A stretch of DNA of 64,000 nucleotides, taken from NCBI GenBank assembly GCA_030447245.1, contig JAUJPG010000022.1, positions 21,885 through 85,884 on the forward strand, written 5' to 3'. The first letter of the stretch is position 1, and every line of letters begins with the position of its first letter. Shown here in pieces: positions 43,316 through 53,421 of this stretch. Under the pieces are notes generated by a model. It made no database searches. It saw nothing but the letters and a program-made list of their open reading frames with translations, and was not told where the DNA came from. This DNA is from Chloroflexota bacterium. GTDB taxonomy: Bacteria > Chloroflexota > UBA6077 > JACCZL01. The translations under genes and the position numbers were made by a program.

Positions 43316-43876
43316 ATGGCGGTCCAGCTCACGCGCTACCGATTCACGGCCGACGAGTACGAGGCGATGGGCCGCGCCGGGATCCTCGGCGAGGACGACC
43401 GGGTCGAGCTGATCGAAGGGGAGATCGTCGAGATGGCGCCGATCGGCCCCGGGCACGCGCGCTCGGTCAACGACTTCACTGAGCGCTTCGTGGTCCACTT
43501 CCGCGACGTCGCCATCGTCTCGCCGCAGAACTCGATTCGGCTCGGCCGGTACAGCGAGCCCCAGCCCGACCTGGTGCTGCTGCGTCGGCGGGCCGATCGG
43601 TACGGCAATGCCCTGCCGTCGGCGGAGGATGTGCTGCTGGTGGTCGAGGTGTCGGACACGACGGTCGCGGCCGATCGCGGTGTCAAGGTGCCGCTCTACG
43701 GGCGCGCTGGCATCCCGGAAACCTGGGTGGCCGACCTCCCGCACGACGTGCTGCACGTGTATCGGGAGCCGGTGGACGACGGGTACCGGGTCGTCCAGAC
43801 GCTCCGGCGTGGCGACCGCGTCGCGCCGCTGGCGTTCCCGGATCGCGAGCTGGAGGTCGCCGAGCTGCTGGGCTGA
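43316..43876 (+). CDS. Uma2 family PD-(D/E)xK endonuclease
   Basis: RVELIEGEIVEMAPIG, EPQPDL, VVEVSDTT, KVPLYGRAGIPETW; TATAAT at 43292-43297. Confidence 0.93.
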   Translation: MAVQLTRYRFTADEYEAMGRAGILGEDDRVELIEGEIVEMAPIGPGHARSVNDFTERFVVHFRDVAIVSPQNSIRLGRYSEPQPDLVLLRRRADRYGNALPSAEDVLLVVEVSDTTVAADRGVKVPLYGRAGIPETWVADLPHDVLHVYREPVDDGYRVVQTLRRGDRVAPLAFPDRELEVAELLG

Positions 43877-43929
43877 GCGCCGTCTGGACGTTCCACCTCG
43901 GGTGGAGCAGCGCTTCCTTCGGCCCGGGG

Positions 43930-44736
43930 CTAGACGAGCCCCTGCGCCCGGGCGCTCTCAGTCAGGAACGGGATGAGTGCCGCGTTGAACCGATCGGGCG
44001 CCTCCATGTTGGACAGGTGGCCGACGCCTTCGAGGGTCACCAAGCGGGCGCCCGGGACGCGCTCGGCAAGCAGGCGCGACTCGGACGGCGGAGTCGACAC
44101 GTCCTCAGCGCCCACGACGACGAGCGTCGGCACGCCGATGCTCTCGAGGGTTGAGGTCATGTCGTCGCGCGCAGCCAGTCCGGCCAGGGCCGCCGCGATC
44201 GACGTGGGCCGGTTCGCTCGGACCATCGCTCGGTAACGCTCCACCACGCCTGACCGCTCCACCACGGTGGACGGCGCCACCATCCTGGGCACCTGCATCT
44301 CGACAAACTGCTCGGTGCCGCCGGCGAGCACCAGCTGGGCCTGCTCCTGACGCACCTGCCGGACCTCCTCGGCGTCGGCCGGGGCCCTGGTATCAGCCAG
44401 CACGATCGCCCACACACGTTCCGGGTGTCGCGCAATCAGGTTCAGGATGACGTAGCCGCCCATGGAAAGCCCGACCAGCGCCGCTCGCTCGACGCCCAGA
44501 CGATCGATCAGCGCGACGAGGTCGGCGACGTAGTCGTCCATGGTGAACGGTCCGTCTGACGCCGGGCTGCTGCCGTGCCCCCGCAGGTCAGGCACGATGG
44601 TGCGGAATCGCTCGGCGAGCGGCTCGACCTGGTCGTCCCACATGGCGCGGGTGAGCGGGAACCCGTGGAGCAGGAGCACTGCTGGCCCGCTACCACGCTC
44701 GGTGTAGTCCAGGAGCCTCGGTGGAGTGTGGGTCAT
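43930..44736 (-). CDS. Alpha/beta hydrolase
   Basis: LLHGFP, PDLRGHG, GLSMGG, GAED, GHLSNME. Confidence 0.93.
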   Translation of the reverse strand: MTHTPPRLLDYTERGSGPAVLLLHGFPLTRAMWDDQVEPLAERFRTIVPDLRGHGSSPASDGPFTMDDYVADLVALIDRLGVERAALVGLSMGGYVILNLIARHPERVWAIVLADTRAPADAEEVRQVRQEQAQLVLAGGTEQFVEMQVPRMVAPSTVVERSGVVERYRAMVRANRPTSIAAALAGLAARDDMTSTLESIGVPTLVVVGAEDVSTPPSESRLLAERVPGARLVTLEGVGHLSNMEAPDRFNAALIPFLTESARAQGLV

Positions 44737-44901
44737 GGTGAAAGGATACGCCAAGACGCCGAACCAGGGCGGCATCACGCCCAGTAGCTGCCAGGCGCCG
44801 GTGGCGTCGGTCGCGGCGCAGGTGAAGCGACCGACCGATCGGCTGGGCCGTCTACAATCGCTGGGTGCGAGTTGCCGGCGGGTGCGGGCGGGGGGGCGGT
44901 A

Positions 44902-45756
44902 GTGACGGCGAAACGGGTGCGGTTCGGGATCAAGACGGCGCAGATGGGTGGCCGCTACGCGGAGATGCGGGCGGCGTGGCTGGAGGCCGACCGGCTGGGC
45001 TTCGACACGGCCTGGGCGCACGACCACCTGCTGAACCAGAACGACATCTCGGCGCCCGAGGACGAGGGCTGGATCGCGCTGGCGGCGCTGCTGGCGCAGA
45101 CCGAGCGGATCCGCGGCGGGCTGATGGTCAGCTCGAACACCTTCCGTCACCCGAGCCTGCTGGCGAAGATGGCTGCCACGGCCGACGTGGTCTCCGGCGG
45201 GCGACTGGAGGTGGGCATCGGGGCGGGCTGGTTCGAGGACGAGCACGCTCAGTACGGCATCCCGCTGCCGCCGGTCGGCGAGCGGATCAGGCGGCTGGAC
45301 GAAGCCTGCCAGATCATGAAGGCGCTCTGGACAGAGCCGCGAGCGACGGTTGTCGGCGATTACTACCAGGTGCGCGAGGCGTACCACGAGCCAAAGCCGG
45401 TCCAGTCGCCGCACCCGCCCATCGTGATCGGCGGCAGCGGGGAGAAGCTGACGCTGCGAGTCGTCGCGCGACACGCGAACGAGTGGAACATGTCCAAGGG
45501 CACGCCTGAGGAGTTCCGCCACAAGTGCCAGGTGCTAGACGAGCACTGCCAGGCGGTGGGGCGCGCTCCAGGGGAGATCGAGCGCTCGATCCAGTTTCCG
45601 CCGCCGGACATGGCCGACGCCGCGGGCCTGGCCGGTCGGGCTCGTGAGTTCGTCGCGGCGGGAGCCACCCACGTGATCTTCACCTGCCCGCAACCGTACA
45701 GCGCGGAGGGGGCACGCTGGCTGTGGGACGAAGTGGTGGGGCAGGTCCAGACGTAG
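44902..45756 (+). CDS. LLM-class (probably F420-dependent) oxidoreductase
   Basis: FRHPSLLAKMAATADVVSGGRLEVGIGAGW, PKPVQ, GGSGEKLTL. Confidence 0.9.
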   Translation: MTAKRVRFGIKTAQMGGRYAEMRAAWLEADRLGFDTAWAHDHLLNQNDISAPEDEGWIALAALLAQTERIRGGLMVSSNTFRHPSLLAKMAATADVVSGGRLEVGIGAGWFEDEHAQYGIPLPPVGERIRRLDEACQIMKALWTEPRATVVGDYYQVREAYHEPKPVQSPHPPIVIGGSGEKLTLRVVARHANEWNMSKGTPEEFRHKCQVLDEHCQAVGRAPGEIERSIQFPPPDMADAAGLAGRAREFVAAGATHVIFTCPQPYSAEGARWLWDEVVGQVQT

Positions 45757-45777
45757 CGGCGTCGGCCGACCTTGTCC

Positions 45778-46671
45778 TCAGGTCTGCAACGGGAGCACCT
45801 GGGCGGCGAGATCCTCGAGCTCCTCGGTCCACGAGGCTGGCTCTTCGGCAGGCCGGATCACGAATTTGGAGACGCCCGCGTCGACGAAGCGCTCGAGGGT
45901 TGCTCGGGCGGCGCGCGGCCCGACCGGGACGAGCGCGGACGGGTCGAGCCCCGGCCGGCGCGCCGCGATGGTCCGAACGAGGGACGACGGAATCTCACCG
46001 CGGGCGTAGACGATGCTGGCGCCCCAGTGTTCTGGGTCCATCATCCGCCCCGCCTCCGCCGCCGCCTGTTCGACGACCACCCGGCCGGCGGCCGCTTCGG
46101 AGGGCGTGCACAGGCTGGGGAGCCAGCCGTCGCCGAGGCGGCCGGCGCGCCGTAGCTCGGAAGGCGCAAGGCCGCCGAGCCAGACTTCGAGCGGTGACTG
46201 GATCGGCCGGGGGCGTATCGTGAGGTCGCGGTACGAGAAGCGCGGCCCGCTGTGGTCGACGTGATCCTCGGCCCAGAGACGGCGGATCAGGGGCAGCGCC
46301 TCCTCGAACCAGGGGCCGCGCTCGGCCCGGCCAACGCTAAAGGCGCCGTGTTCTGATGGGTCGGCGATGCCGAGCCCGACGGCGAGCAGCAGCCGGCCAC
46401 CCGAGAGGCGGTCCAGGCTGGCCAGCTCTTTGGCCACGATCGCCGGGTTGCGCCCGGGGAGCACCAGCACACTGGTGCCGAGCTTGAGCTTGCGGGTGTG
46501 ACCGGCCACGAACGCCAGAGCCACGATCGGGTCGAGGGTTGCACCGGTCAGCCGCTCGGACAGCCACAACGAGTCGAAACGGAGCCGCTCGAGATCGGCG
46601 GCCAGCCCGGACAAGGTTCCCTCGTCGCGAAGGCCCTGGATGCCCAGGCCGAGGCCGATGCGGACCTTCAC
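45778..46671 (-). CDS. LLM-class flavin/F420-dependent oxidoreductase
   Basis: DSLWLSE, KLGTSVLVLPGRNP, ASLDRLSGGR, GRLGDGW. Confidence 0.9.
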   Translation of the reverse strand: MKVRIGLGLGIQGLRDEGTLSGLAADLERLRFDSLWLSERLTGATLDPIVALAFVAGHTRKLKLGTSVLVLPGRNPAIVAKELASLDRLSGGRLLLAVGLGIADPSEHGAFSVGRAERGPWFEEALPLIRRLWAEDHVDHSGPRFSYRDLTIRPRPIQSPLEVWLGGLAPSELRRAGRLGDGWLPSLCTPSEAAAGRVVVEQAAAEAGRMMDPEHWGASIVYARGEIPSSLVRTIAARRPGLDPSALVPVGPRAARATLERFVDAGVSKFVIRPAEEPASWTEELEDLAAQVLPLQT

Positions 46672-46800
46672 CCGGAGTATGCCCGGCCGCGGTCTCGGCG
46701 AGGATGACGGCCCCGGCACGCTTCCATTCTTGCGGATCGCCGGAGACGTGTCACGGTCATGTCGAGTGTCTCAGCGGGCGGCCGGGGCGATGGCCACGGG

Positions 46801-47835
46801 TCATGCCGTTCGGGTCGCGGCCTGAGCCTGGGCGGTCAGGTCGAACGCAGCGGCAAGAAGCTCGTAGGAGCGTACGCGCGCCGCGAAGTCGTGGGTAATC
46901 GTGACGACGACGTACTCGTCGACGCCGTACTCGGCGCCTAGGGCGGTCAGGCGGTCGCGGACTTGCTCGGGGGTGCCGACGATCGAGCGGTCAGCGCTGT
47001 GCTCGACGATCGCCTGCTCGTGGGGGGTGAAATGATGCGATTCGACCTCCTCAACGGAGGGGTACGGGCCGGGGTTGCCGGTGTAGAGTCGGGCGATGAA
47101 CAGGGCGCGGCTCTTGGCCAGGCGGCGGGCGTCTTCTTCAGTGTCGGCGCAGATCACGAAGACGCCGATGCTAGCTCGTGGCTCCGGCAGCCAGGGTGAC
47201 GGTCGGAAGTGACGTCGGTACGCTTCGACGACCTGGGGACCTCCGTGGGTGTTGATGAAATGGGCGAACGAGAAGGCAGTGCCGAAGTGGGCGGCGTAGG
47301 CGGCGCTCTCGTCGCTGGAGCCGAGCAGCCACAGCTCGGGCGCGGTCGACCCGGTCGGCATGGCGTGAACGCCGGCGAAGGGGTGGAAGGGGTCGAGGTC
47401 GTCATGGAGGAAGCCGACGAGGTCGGCGATCTGACTCGGAAAGTGCTCGATGCCGAGCGCGCCGGGGCCGTGGGCCAGCGCCCGGGCGGTCCTGGAATCG
47501 CTGCCCGGGGCGCGCCCGATGCCGAGGTCGATGCGACCGGGGTACAGCGTCTCGAGGACCCGGAAGTTTTCGGCCACCTTGAGCGGGCTGTAGTGAGACA
47601 GCATGACGCCGCCGGAGCCGACGCGGAGGCGCTCGGTGCGCGCGGCAACCTGGCCGATCAGGACTTCCGGGCTGGAGCCGGCCAACCCGCCGCTGGAGTG
47701 GTGCTCGGCCAGCCAGTAGCGGTGGTAGCCGAGTCGATCGGCGACCTCCGCCAACCGAAGCGTCTCGCGGAGCGCGTCGGCGCCGGTGCCGCCGCTGCGG
47801 ATCGGCGACTGGTCGAGGACGCTCAGGAGGGCCAC
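46801..47835 (-). CDS. Luciferase-like monooxygenase (LLM class)
   Basis: LSVLDQSP, YWLAEHH, GSGGVMLSHYSPLKVAE, DLGIGRAPG. Confidence 0.93.
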   Translation of the reverse strand: MALLSVLDQSPIRSGGTGADALRETLRLAEVADRLGYHRYWLAEHHSSGGLAGSSPEVLIGQVAARTERLRVGSGGVMLSHYSPLKVAENFRVLETLYPGRIDLGIGRAPGSDSRTARALAHGPGALGIEHFPSQIADLVGFLHDDLDPFHPFAGVHAMPTGSTAPELWLLGSSDESAAYAAHFGTAFSFAHFINTHGGPQVVEAYRRHFRPSPWLPEPRASIGVFVICADTEEDARRLAKSRALFIARLYTGNPGPYPSVEEVESHHFTPHEQAIVEHSADRSIVGTPEQVRDRLTALGAEYGVDEYVVVTITHDFAARVRSYELLAAAFDLTAQAQAATRTA

Positions 47836-47952
47836 GCAGATAATTCTAGGCGAACGGCAAAAGGCACCGGCGAAATGGGACGCTCCGACTCCTCAGGACT
47901 GAGGCTCGGCCCAGGGCCAGCACGGCGTGCGGGACGAACCTGGGAGGGGACG

Positions 47953-48873
47953 TCATGGGGGAGCGGAGACGACGCACGCGGCGTCCGCTCGGGGGGCGTC
48001 GAAACGCTCCGGGTGGATGATCCCGGCCAGGATCTCCAGGCCATCGACCAGGCGTGGGCCGGGGCGATTGAAGTAGGCCGAGCCGTCGACAGCCCAGACG
48101 CGGCCGTCCCGCACGGCTGGAAGCGTCGACCACTCCGCCGGGAACGCGGTGACCGCGAACTCGGCGCGAGTCTTCTCCAGGTCAAAGCCGCAGGGCATGA
48201 CGACCACGACCTCGGGGGCGAAGCGGGCGATCTCCCGCCAATCGGTGCGGCGGGACGGCTGGCCGCTGCCGCCCAGCGCGTCGTAGCCGCCAGCCATCCC
48301 GACCATCTCGGGCACCCAATGGCCGGCCGTCCAGGGCGGATCGAGCCATTCCAGGCAGAATACCCGTGGGATCGGAAGCAGGCCGGCCGTCTGGAGGGTG
48401 ATCCGGTCGATCCGGGCGCGCAGCTCGGCGATGACGACGCGCGCGCGGGCCTGGCTCCCGGTGGCGTCGCCGACTGTCTTGACGTTGCTCAGCACGTCCC
48501 CGACACTTGTGGGGTCGAGGGAGTACACCCGCGGCCTGGTCGGCAGGCTCGGTACGGCGCGGCGGACGACGCCATGCGGGACGGCGCAGACGTCGCATAA
48601 ACCCTGGGTGAAGATCAGATCGGGCCGCAGCTCGGCGAGCCGCTCGACGTCCAGGTGGTAGACGCCCTCGCCAACCACCTGCTGGGCGGCGACCTGCGCG
48701 TCGATCTCTGCGCTGGTCAGCGTCGTGGCGGTCAGCGTGCTCGACGTGACGGTCGGCTTCTTCCGCGCTGGGGGCGGATAGTCGCAGGCATGGGTCACCC
48801 CGACCAGGTCGTCGCCGAGCCCGAGGGCGTAGACGATCTCGGTAGCGCTTGGCACGAGCGAGACGATCCGCAT
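47953..48873 (-). CDS. Cobalamin/Fe-siderophore-type substrate-binding protein (BtuF-like, no signal peptide)
   Basis: MRIVSLVPSATEI, VTHACDYP, TQGLCDVCAV, YFNRPGPRL. Confidence 0.9.
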   Translation of the reverse strand: MRIVSLVPSATEIVYALGLGDDLVGVTHACDYPPPARKKPTVTSSTLTATTLTSAEIDAQVAAQQVVGEGVYHLDVERLAELRPDLIFTQGLCDVCAVPHGVVRRAVPSLPTRPRVYSLDPTSVGDVLSNVKTVGDATGSQARARVVIAELRARIDRITLQTAGLLPIPRVFCLEWLDPPWTAGHWVPEMVGMAGGYDALGGSGQPSRRTDWREIARFAPEVVVVMPCGFDLEKTRAEFAVTAFPAEWSTLPAVRDGRVWAVDGSAYFNRPGPRLVDGLEILAGIIHPERFDAPRADAACVVSAPP

Positions 48874-48981
48874 CGGATCTCCTAGCTAGAGGGGCAGCCT
48901 TCTATGCCCTCCTACTAGCGGCGGCGGCCGGGAAGCGCCGCCTCACCGGCTCCCCCGGGGGCGGCCCCGGTCCGATGGCAG

Positions 48982-49599
48982 CTACCAGCCGCGGGCGATC
49001 CACTCGTCGAGGTGAGGCTTCTCCTGGCCAATTGTGGTGCCGGTGCCGTGGCCGGGGTGGACGACGGTGTCATCCGGCAAGGTGAAGAGCTTGTCGCGGA
49101 GGCTCTTGACGATGGTGGGGAAGTCGCCGGTGCTCGTCTTGGTGTTGCCGGGGCCGCCCGGGAAGAGCGTGTCGCCGCTGAAGAGCAGGTTGCCGACGAG
49201 GAAGCAGGTGCTACCGGGGGTGTGGCCTGGGGTGTGAATGGCCCGCATGGTGACCGGGCCGAACCGAAGCTCCTGGCCATCGGCGATCGTGAACTCGGGC
49301 GGCGACTTGAGCATCTGCCTGTCGCCCTCGCCAATGCCGGCTGGCGCCTTGATCCGCGCCTTGAGGGCGTCCAGCTCGTCGTGGTGATCGTGGTGGCCGT
49401 GCGTGATCAGGATGCCCTTGACCTGGGTATCCTTGACGGCCTCGGCGATCGTGTCAGGCTCCCAGCCGGCGTCGATGACGTAGCCCTCGCGCGTGTCAGG
49501 ATCGCGGACGGCGTACACGACGTTCTCGAAGGTGCCGACGGGCAAGGCGCAGAGCTCGAACTCCGCGCCCCCGCCACGCACGCGCTGCCACTCTGCCAC
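48982..49599 (-). CDS. MBL-fold metallo-hydrolase
   Basis: THGHHDH, TPGHTPGS, FSGDTLF, HPGHG. Confidence 0.93.
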   Translation of the reverse strand: MAEWQRVRGGGAEFELCALPVGTFENVVYAVRDPDTREGYVIDAGWEPDTIAEAVKDTQVKGILITHGHHDHHDELDALKARIKAPAGIGEGDRQMLKSPPEFTIADGQELRFGPVTMRAIHTPGHTPGSTCFLVGNLLFSGDTLFPGGPGNTKTSTGDFPTIVKSLRDKLFTLPDDTVVHPGHGTGTTIGQEKPHLDEWIARGW

Positions 49600-49792
49600 G
49601 GTAAATCCTCCGCTCTAGTTAGGCGGCCGCTACGCCAGCACGCCGCTGGGGAGTTGTAGCGCGTCCGGCCCCGCGCCGTGTAGGGACGGATGACCGCGGT
49701 GATCCCACGTCCGCCCGAGCGGCTAGAAGGGCCCTGACATGGCCCCGGCCCGACAACGCTCATCGCCCGGCGCCGGCGTGGGCGGGGTCGGG

Positions 49793-50929
49793 CTAGCCGT
49801 ACAGGGTGAGGCGCTCTTCTCGGAGGGCGCCGTTCGTCACCTTCTTGATCGCCGCGAGCGGGCCCTCGTCCCATTCGGCGACGAAGGTGATCGCCTTGCC
49901 CTCACGACCCATCCGCGCCGTTCGGCCGATGCGGTGGATGTACGACTCGCTTTCCTCCGGGATGTCGTAGTTGATGACGTGGCTGACGTCCGGGATATCG
50001 AGCCCGCGCGCCGCCACGTTGGTCGCCACGAGCAGCGGCAGCGTGCCGGCCCGGAAATCGGCGATCACCCGCTCCCGATGCTGCTGGCTCATGCTGCCGT
50101 GCACCGCCTCGACGGTGAAGCCGCGCGCGCCAAGGAAGCGAAGCAGCTTGTCGACGGCCATCTGGGTCCGACAGAACACGATCGCCCGCTCAGGCTGCTG
50201 CTGCTCCAGAATCAGCGCCAGGCCGGCCGGCTTGTCTCGCTGGGCGACCTCGTAGTAGACCTGGTCCACCTCGGCAACGGTCCGAATCTCGGGCCTGACC
50301 TCGACCGCGACCGGATTGCGCATGTGTCGGCGAGAGATGATCCGCACCACGGTTGGCATGGTGGCCGAGAATAGCGCCGTCTGGCGCGCCCTCGGCGTGC
50401 GGCGGAGAATCTTCTCGACGTCCGGCATGAAGCCCATGTCGAGCATCCGGTCGGCCTCGTCCAGGATGAGGTAGCGGACGTTCCCGAGCTGCATGGTGCC
50501 GCGGGCCAGGTGATCGAGGATCCGGCCGGGGGTCCCGACAACGATCTGGGCGCCGTTCTTCAGGTCCAGGAGCTGGCGCGCCATCGGCGCCCCGCCGTAG
50601 ACGGTCGCGATGCCGAGCTTGCGGTAGGTGCCGAGCCGGCCAAGCTCTTCGGAGATCTGGCTGGCCAGCTCACGGGTCGGGGCGAGCACGAGGGCCTGGA
50701 CGAAGGGTCGCTCGGGATCGATCAACTCGATCAGCGGGACACCGAACGCGGCGGTCTTGCCGGTCCCGGTCTGAGCCTGGCCGATCACATCGCGGCCGGC
50801 CAGTAGGAGCGGGATCGCCCGAGCCTGGATCTCGGTCGGCTCGTGATAGCCGATCTCGTCGAGCGCCCGCGCAACTTCCGGGCTGAGCTCCAGGTCGCCA
50901 AAAAAGGGCGTCACTGCCTCGGACGCCAT
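49793..50929 (-). CDS. DEAD-box RNA helicase
   Basis: Q motif, AQTGTGKT, PTRELA, TPGR, DEAD, SAT, ARGLD, HRIGRTAR. Confidence 0.96.
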   Translation of the reverse strand: MASEAVTPFFGDLELSPEVARALDEIGYHEPTEIQARAIPLLLAGRDVIGQAQTGTGKTAAFGVPLIELIDPERPFVQALVLAPTRELASQISEELGRLGTYRKLGIATVYGGAPMARQLLDLKNGAQIVVGTPGRILDHLARGTMQLGNVRYLILDEADRMLDMGFMPDVEKILRRTPRARQTALFSATMPTVVRIISRRHMRNPVAVEVRPEIRTVAEVDQVYYEVAQRDKPAGLALILEQQQPERAIVFCRTQMAVDKLLRFLGARGFTVEAVHGSMSQQHRERVIADFRAGTLPLLVATNVAARGLDIPDVSHVINYDIPEESESYIHRIGRTARMGREGKAITFVAEWDEGPLAAIKKVTNGALREERLTLYG

Positions 50930-50966
50930 CGTATCAACTACCAACATTCCATCCTTCGGATGACAC

Positions 50967-51004
50967 AAAAAAAGGGGGCGCTGACTCGTCGAGTCGCGCG
51001 CCCC
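50967..51004 (-). terminator. Intrinsic-terminator-like hairpin in helicase 5' leader
   Basis: Minus strand GGGGCGC..GACTC-GAC-GAGTC..GCGCCCC then T7, 37 nt upstream of ATG. Confidence 0.7.
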
Positions 51005-51354
51005 TCGCTGGATCGTTCGCGTTGTCGTGTCACCACTTCTCGACTGTTCGTTCAAATGATACCAGGTTGGGCCGTTGCCCGTCCATGGAACGCGGCCAGT
51101 AGCGGAGGGGAGGTCGCGCTCGGATGGCGATCGGATTCTTCAAGCTGAGCGCGACCGCCCACGTGCGGGGCTGCTTCGTCGCGCATATCGCAAGCGGTGC
51201 GTGAGAAAGAAGCTGTACCCTAAGAGTACGGAGTCGGCCGCGGACGACGAGCGTCCGCGTGGCGGCAGATCGTGAGTCGCGGCGCCGGGATCCGACGGCG
51301 GGTCCGGCACTCGGCCGCGACGACGACCGTCGTCCGTGGGGAGAGGACCAGGCC

Positions 51355-53064
51355 ATGGCAGGCGAGAGCATCGCGAGTGAAGGTGGCGCGGTGGACAAGG
51401 GGACGCTGAAGCGGGGCTGGCTGGCTGGCCTGTTGGCGGCCTGCGTGATGACGGCGGTGATGGCCGTCCTCCGCCTGACCACGGGCGTCCTCTCCCTGCC
51501 CGAGATCATCGGCGAGGCGATCGTCACGCTGATGCCCGCGGCGGCCTTCTCGGCGGCGCTCGACCTGATGCAGCGAGCCGCCAAGCCGACGCTGTACGCG
51601 AGCATCTTCGTCGGCCAGATCCTCGTCGGCGGCCTGCTCGGGCGCTGGTACGCTGGCGGCGCGCCTGAGTGGCGACGCGCGCTGAACCTGGCCTTCGCTG
51701 CCTGGTTGGTGATCGGCGGGATAGCCTTACCGGTGCTTGGCGCCGGTCTGTTCGGCAGCGTGGTACGGGCCGGTCCGATTGTCGTCGGCGTCCAGATGCT
51801 GATCGCATTTGCGACCTTCGCGGTGGCCCTGGTGCTGGCCTACCGCGTCCTGGAGGCGCTCGCGACGGGCGACCGAACCGAGGCGCGAGCAGACCGCCGC
51901 GCCGCCCTCGTCACGCTCGGGGCCGGTGTCGCGGTCGTCGCCGGCGGCGGCTATGCGTGGCGGTCGCTGCTGGGCGGCCAGGGCGCGGCCCCGGCACCGA
52001 CCTCTGCCCCGAGCGCCGTGGAGGGCGGCGGCGCGATGGCGGCCGGCGCGACTGGCACGACGGCTGGCGACAGCCCACTCGCCGCCCCGATCCCCCCGCC
52101 GCCGCGCGGCATCCCGCCGCTGGACGCGCCGCCGGTGCCGATGAGCGTCCTTCCCAAGGCGCCGGCCGCGCCGCCGTTCGCGGTGGCGGGGCTATCGCCA
52201 GAGGTGCTGACCGCCGAGGACTTCTACACCGTCTCGAAGAACCTGGTCGATCCGAGAGTCGACGTCGCGAGCTGGAAGCTTCAGATCGACGGGCTGGTCG
52301 AGCGGCCGATGACGCTCACCTACGAAGACGTCACGGCGCGGGCGATGCACAGTGACTACTACACGCTCCAGTGCATCAGCAACCTGGTTGGTGGCGATCT
52401 GTGGGGGAATGCCCACTGGAAGGGCGTTCGGCTGGTGGGTCTGCTGGCGGAGGCCGGCTTGAAGCCCGGCGTCCGGAAGGTCGTGTTCCATGGCGAGGAC
52501 GACTACACGGACAGCATCGCGATCGACGTTGCGCTGCGCCCTGACACGCTGCTGGCGTACGAGATGAACGGCCAGCCGTTGACCAAGGAGCACGGCGCTC
52601 CGGCCCGCCTGCTGATTCCTGGCATCTACGGGATGAAGAACGTCAAGTGGGTCAAGCGAATCGAGGTGGTCGAGGCCGACTTCAAGGGGTACTGGATGCA
52701 GCGCGGCTGGAGCGACCGGTCGCCGTACCAGACCTCCTCGCGGATCGACGTGCCGCGAAATCGGGCGACGCTGCCGGCCGGCGAGATCGCGATCGCCGGC
52801 GTGGCGTTCGCGGGCGACCGCGGCATCGACAAGGTCGAGGTCAGCCTGGACGACGGCAAGTCCTGGCAGGACGCGCTGATCAAGCCGGGGCTCGCCCTCA
52901 ACGCCTGGAATCTGTGGGGGTTCACGACGACGTTGGCGGCAGGGACGTACCCGATCAAGGTGCGCGCCACCGACGGCACCGGCCAGCTCCAGTCCGAGAA
53001 GGAACGCGACCCGCTACCCGACGGCGCGACCGGCTACCACTCGGTCCTGCTGCGGGTGGGGTGA
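51355..53064 (+). CDS. Membrane-anchored molybdopterin oxidoreductase (sulfite oxidase family), paralog of 14088-15968
   Basis: FYTVSKN, TLQCISN, HGAPARLLIPGIYGMKNVKW; internal DRRAAL. Confidence 0.92.
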   Translation: MAGESIASEGGAVDKGTLKRGWLAGLLAACVMTAVMAVLRLTTGVLSLPEIIGEAIVTLMPAAAFSAALDLMQRAAKPTLYASIFVGQILVGGLLGRWYAGGAPEWRRALNLAFAAWLVIGGIALPVLGAGLFGSVVRAGPIVVGVQMLIAFATFAVALVLAYRVLEALATGDRTEARADRRAALVTLGAGVAVVAGGGYAWRSLLGGQGAAPAPTSAPSAVEGGGAMAAGATGTTAGDSPLAAPIPPPPRGIPPLDAPPVPMSVLPKAPAAPPFAVAGLSPEVLTAEDFYTVSKNLVDPRVDVASWKLQIDGLVERPMTLTYEDVTARAMHSDYYTLQCISNLVGGDLWGNAHWKGVRLVGLLAEAGLKPGVRKVVFHGEDDYTDSIAIDVALRPDTLLAYEMNGQPLTKEHGAPARLLIPGIYGMKNVKWVKRIEVVEADFKGYWMQRGWSDRSPYQTSSRIDVPRNRATLPAGEIAIAGVAFAGDRGIDKVEVSLDDGKSWQDALIKPGLALNAWNLWGFTTTLAAGTYPIKVRATDGTGQLQSEKERDPLPDGATGYHSVLLRVG

Positions 53065-53094
53065 GTGCTAGAGGCAGAGGTCCGTGGTTGACTC

Positions 53095-53325
53095 GGCTGA
53101 GCGGCACCAGTCGCGGGACGATAGGACCGCGTCCGGAAGATGGACATCTACGCCCGGCACGGCGTACCCAACTACTGGATCGTCGATCCGATGCGGTGGC
53201 GGGTTGAGGCGTTCATTCTCGTCGACGGCGCTTGCGAGCTCGCGGTCGCGGCGAGCGACGGCGGGATGTTCAGCGCCCCGCCCTTCTCCGACCTGGCGAT
53301 CCCGCTGGCCGAGCTCTGGGCCTGA
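53095..53325 (+). pseudogene. Uma2 endonuclease C-terminal fragment
   Basis: KMDIYARHGVPNYWIVDP...IPLAELW; N-terminus absent. Confidence 0.75.
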
Positions 53326-53365
53326 TCCAGGCGCGAGATAGTAGAGATAGTCGCCGATAAGCGCA

Positions 53366-53398
53366 GGGACCGGGATCGCGCTCATAGATCCCGGTCCC
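53366..53398. terminator. Hairpin between convergent genes
   Basis: GGGACCGGGATC-N9-GATCCCGGTCCC. Confidence 0.6.
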
Positions 53399-53421
53399 AG
53401 CGCGTATCGGCGGTACTTCGA

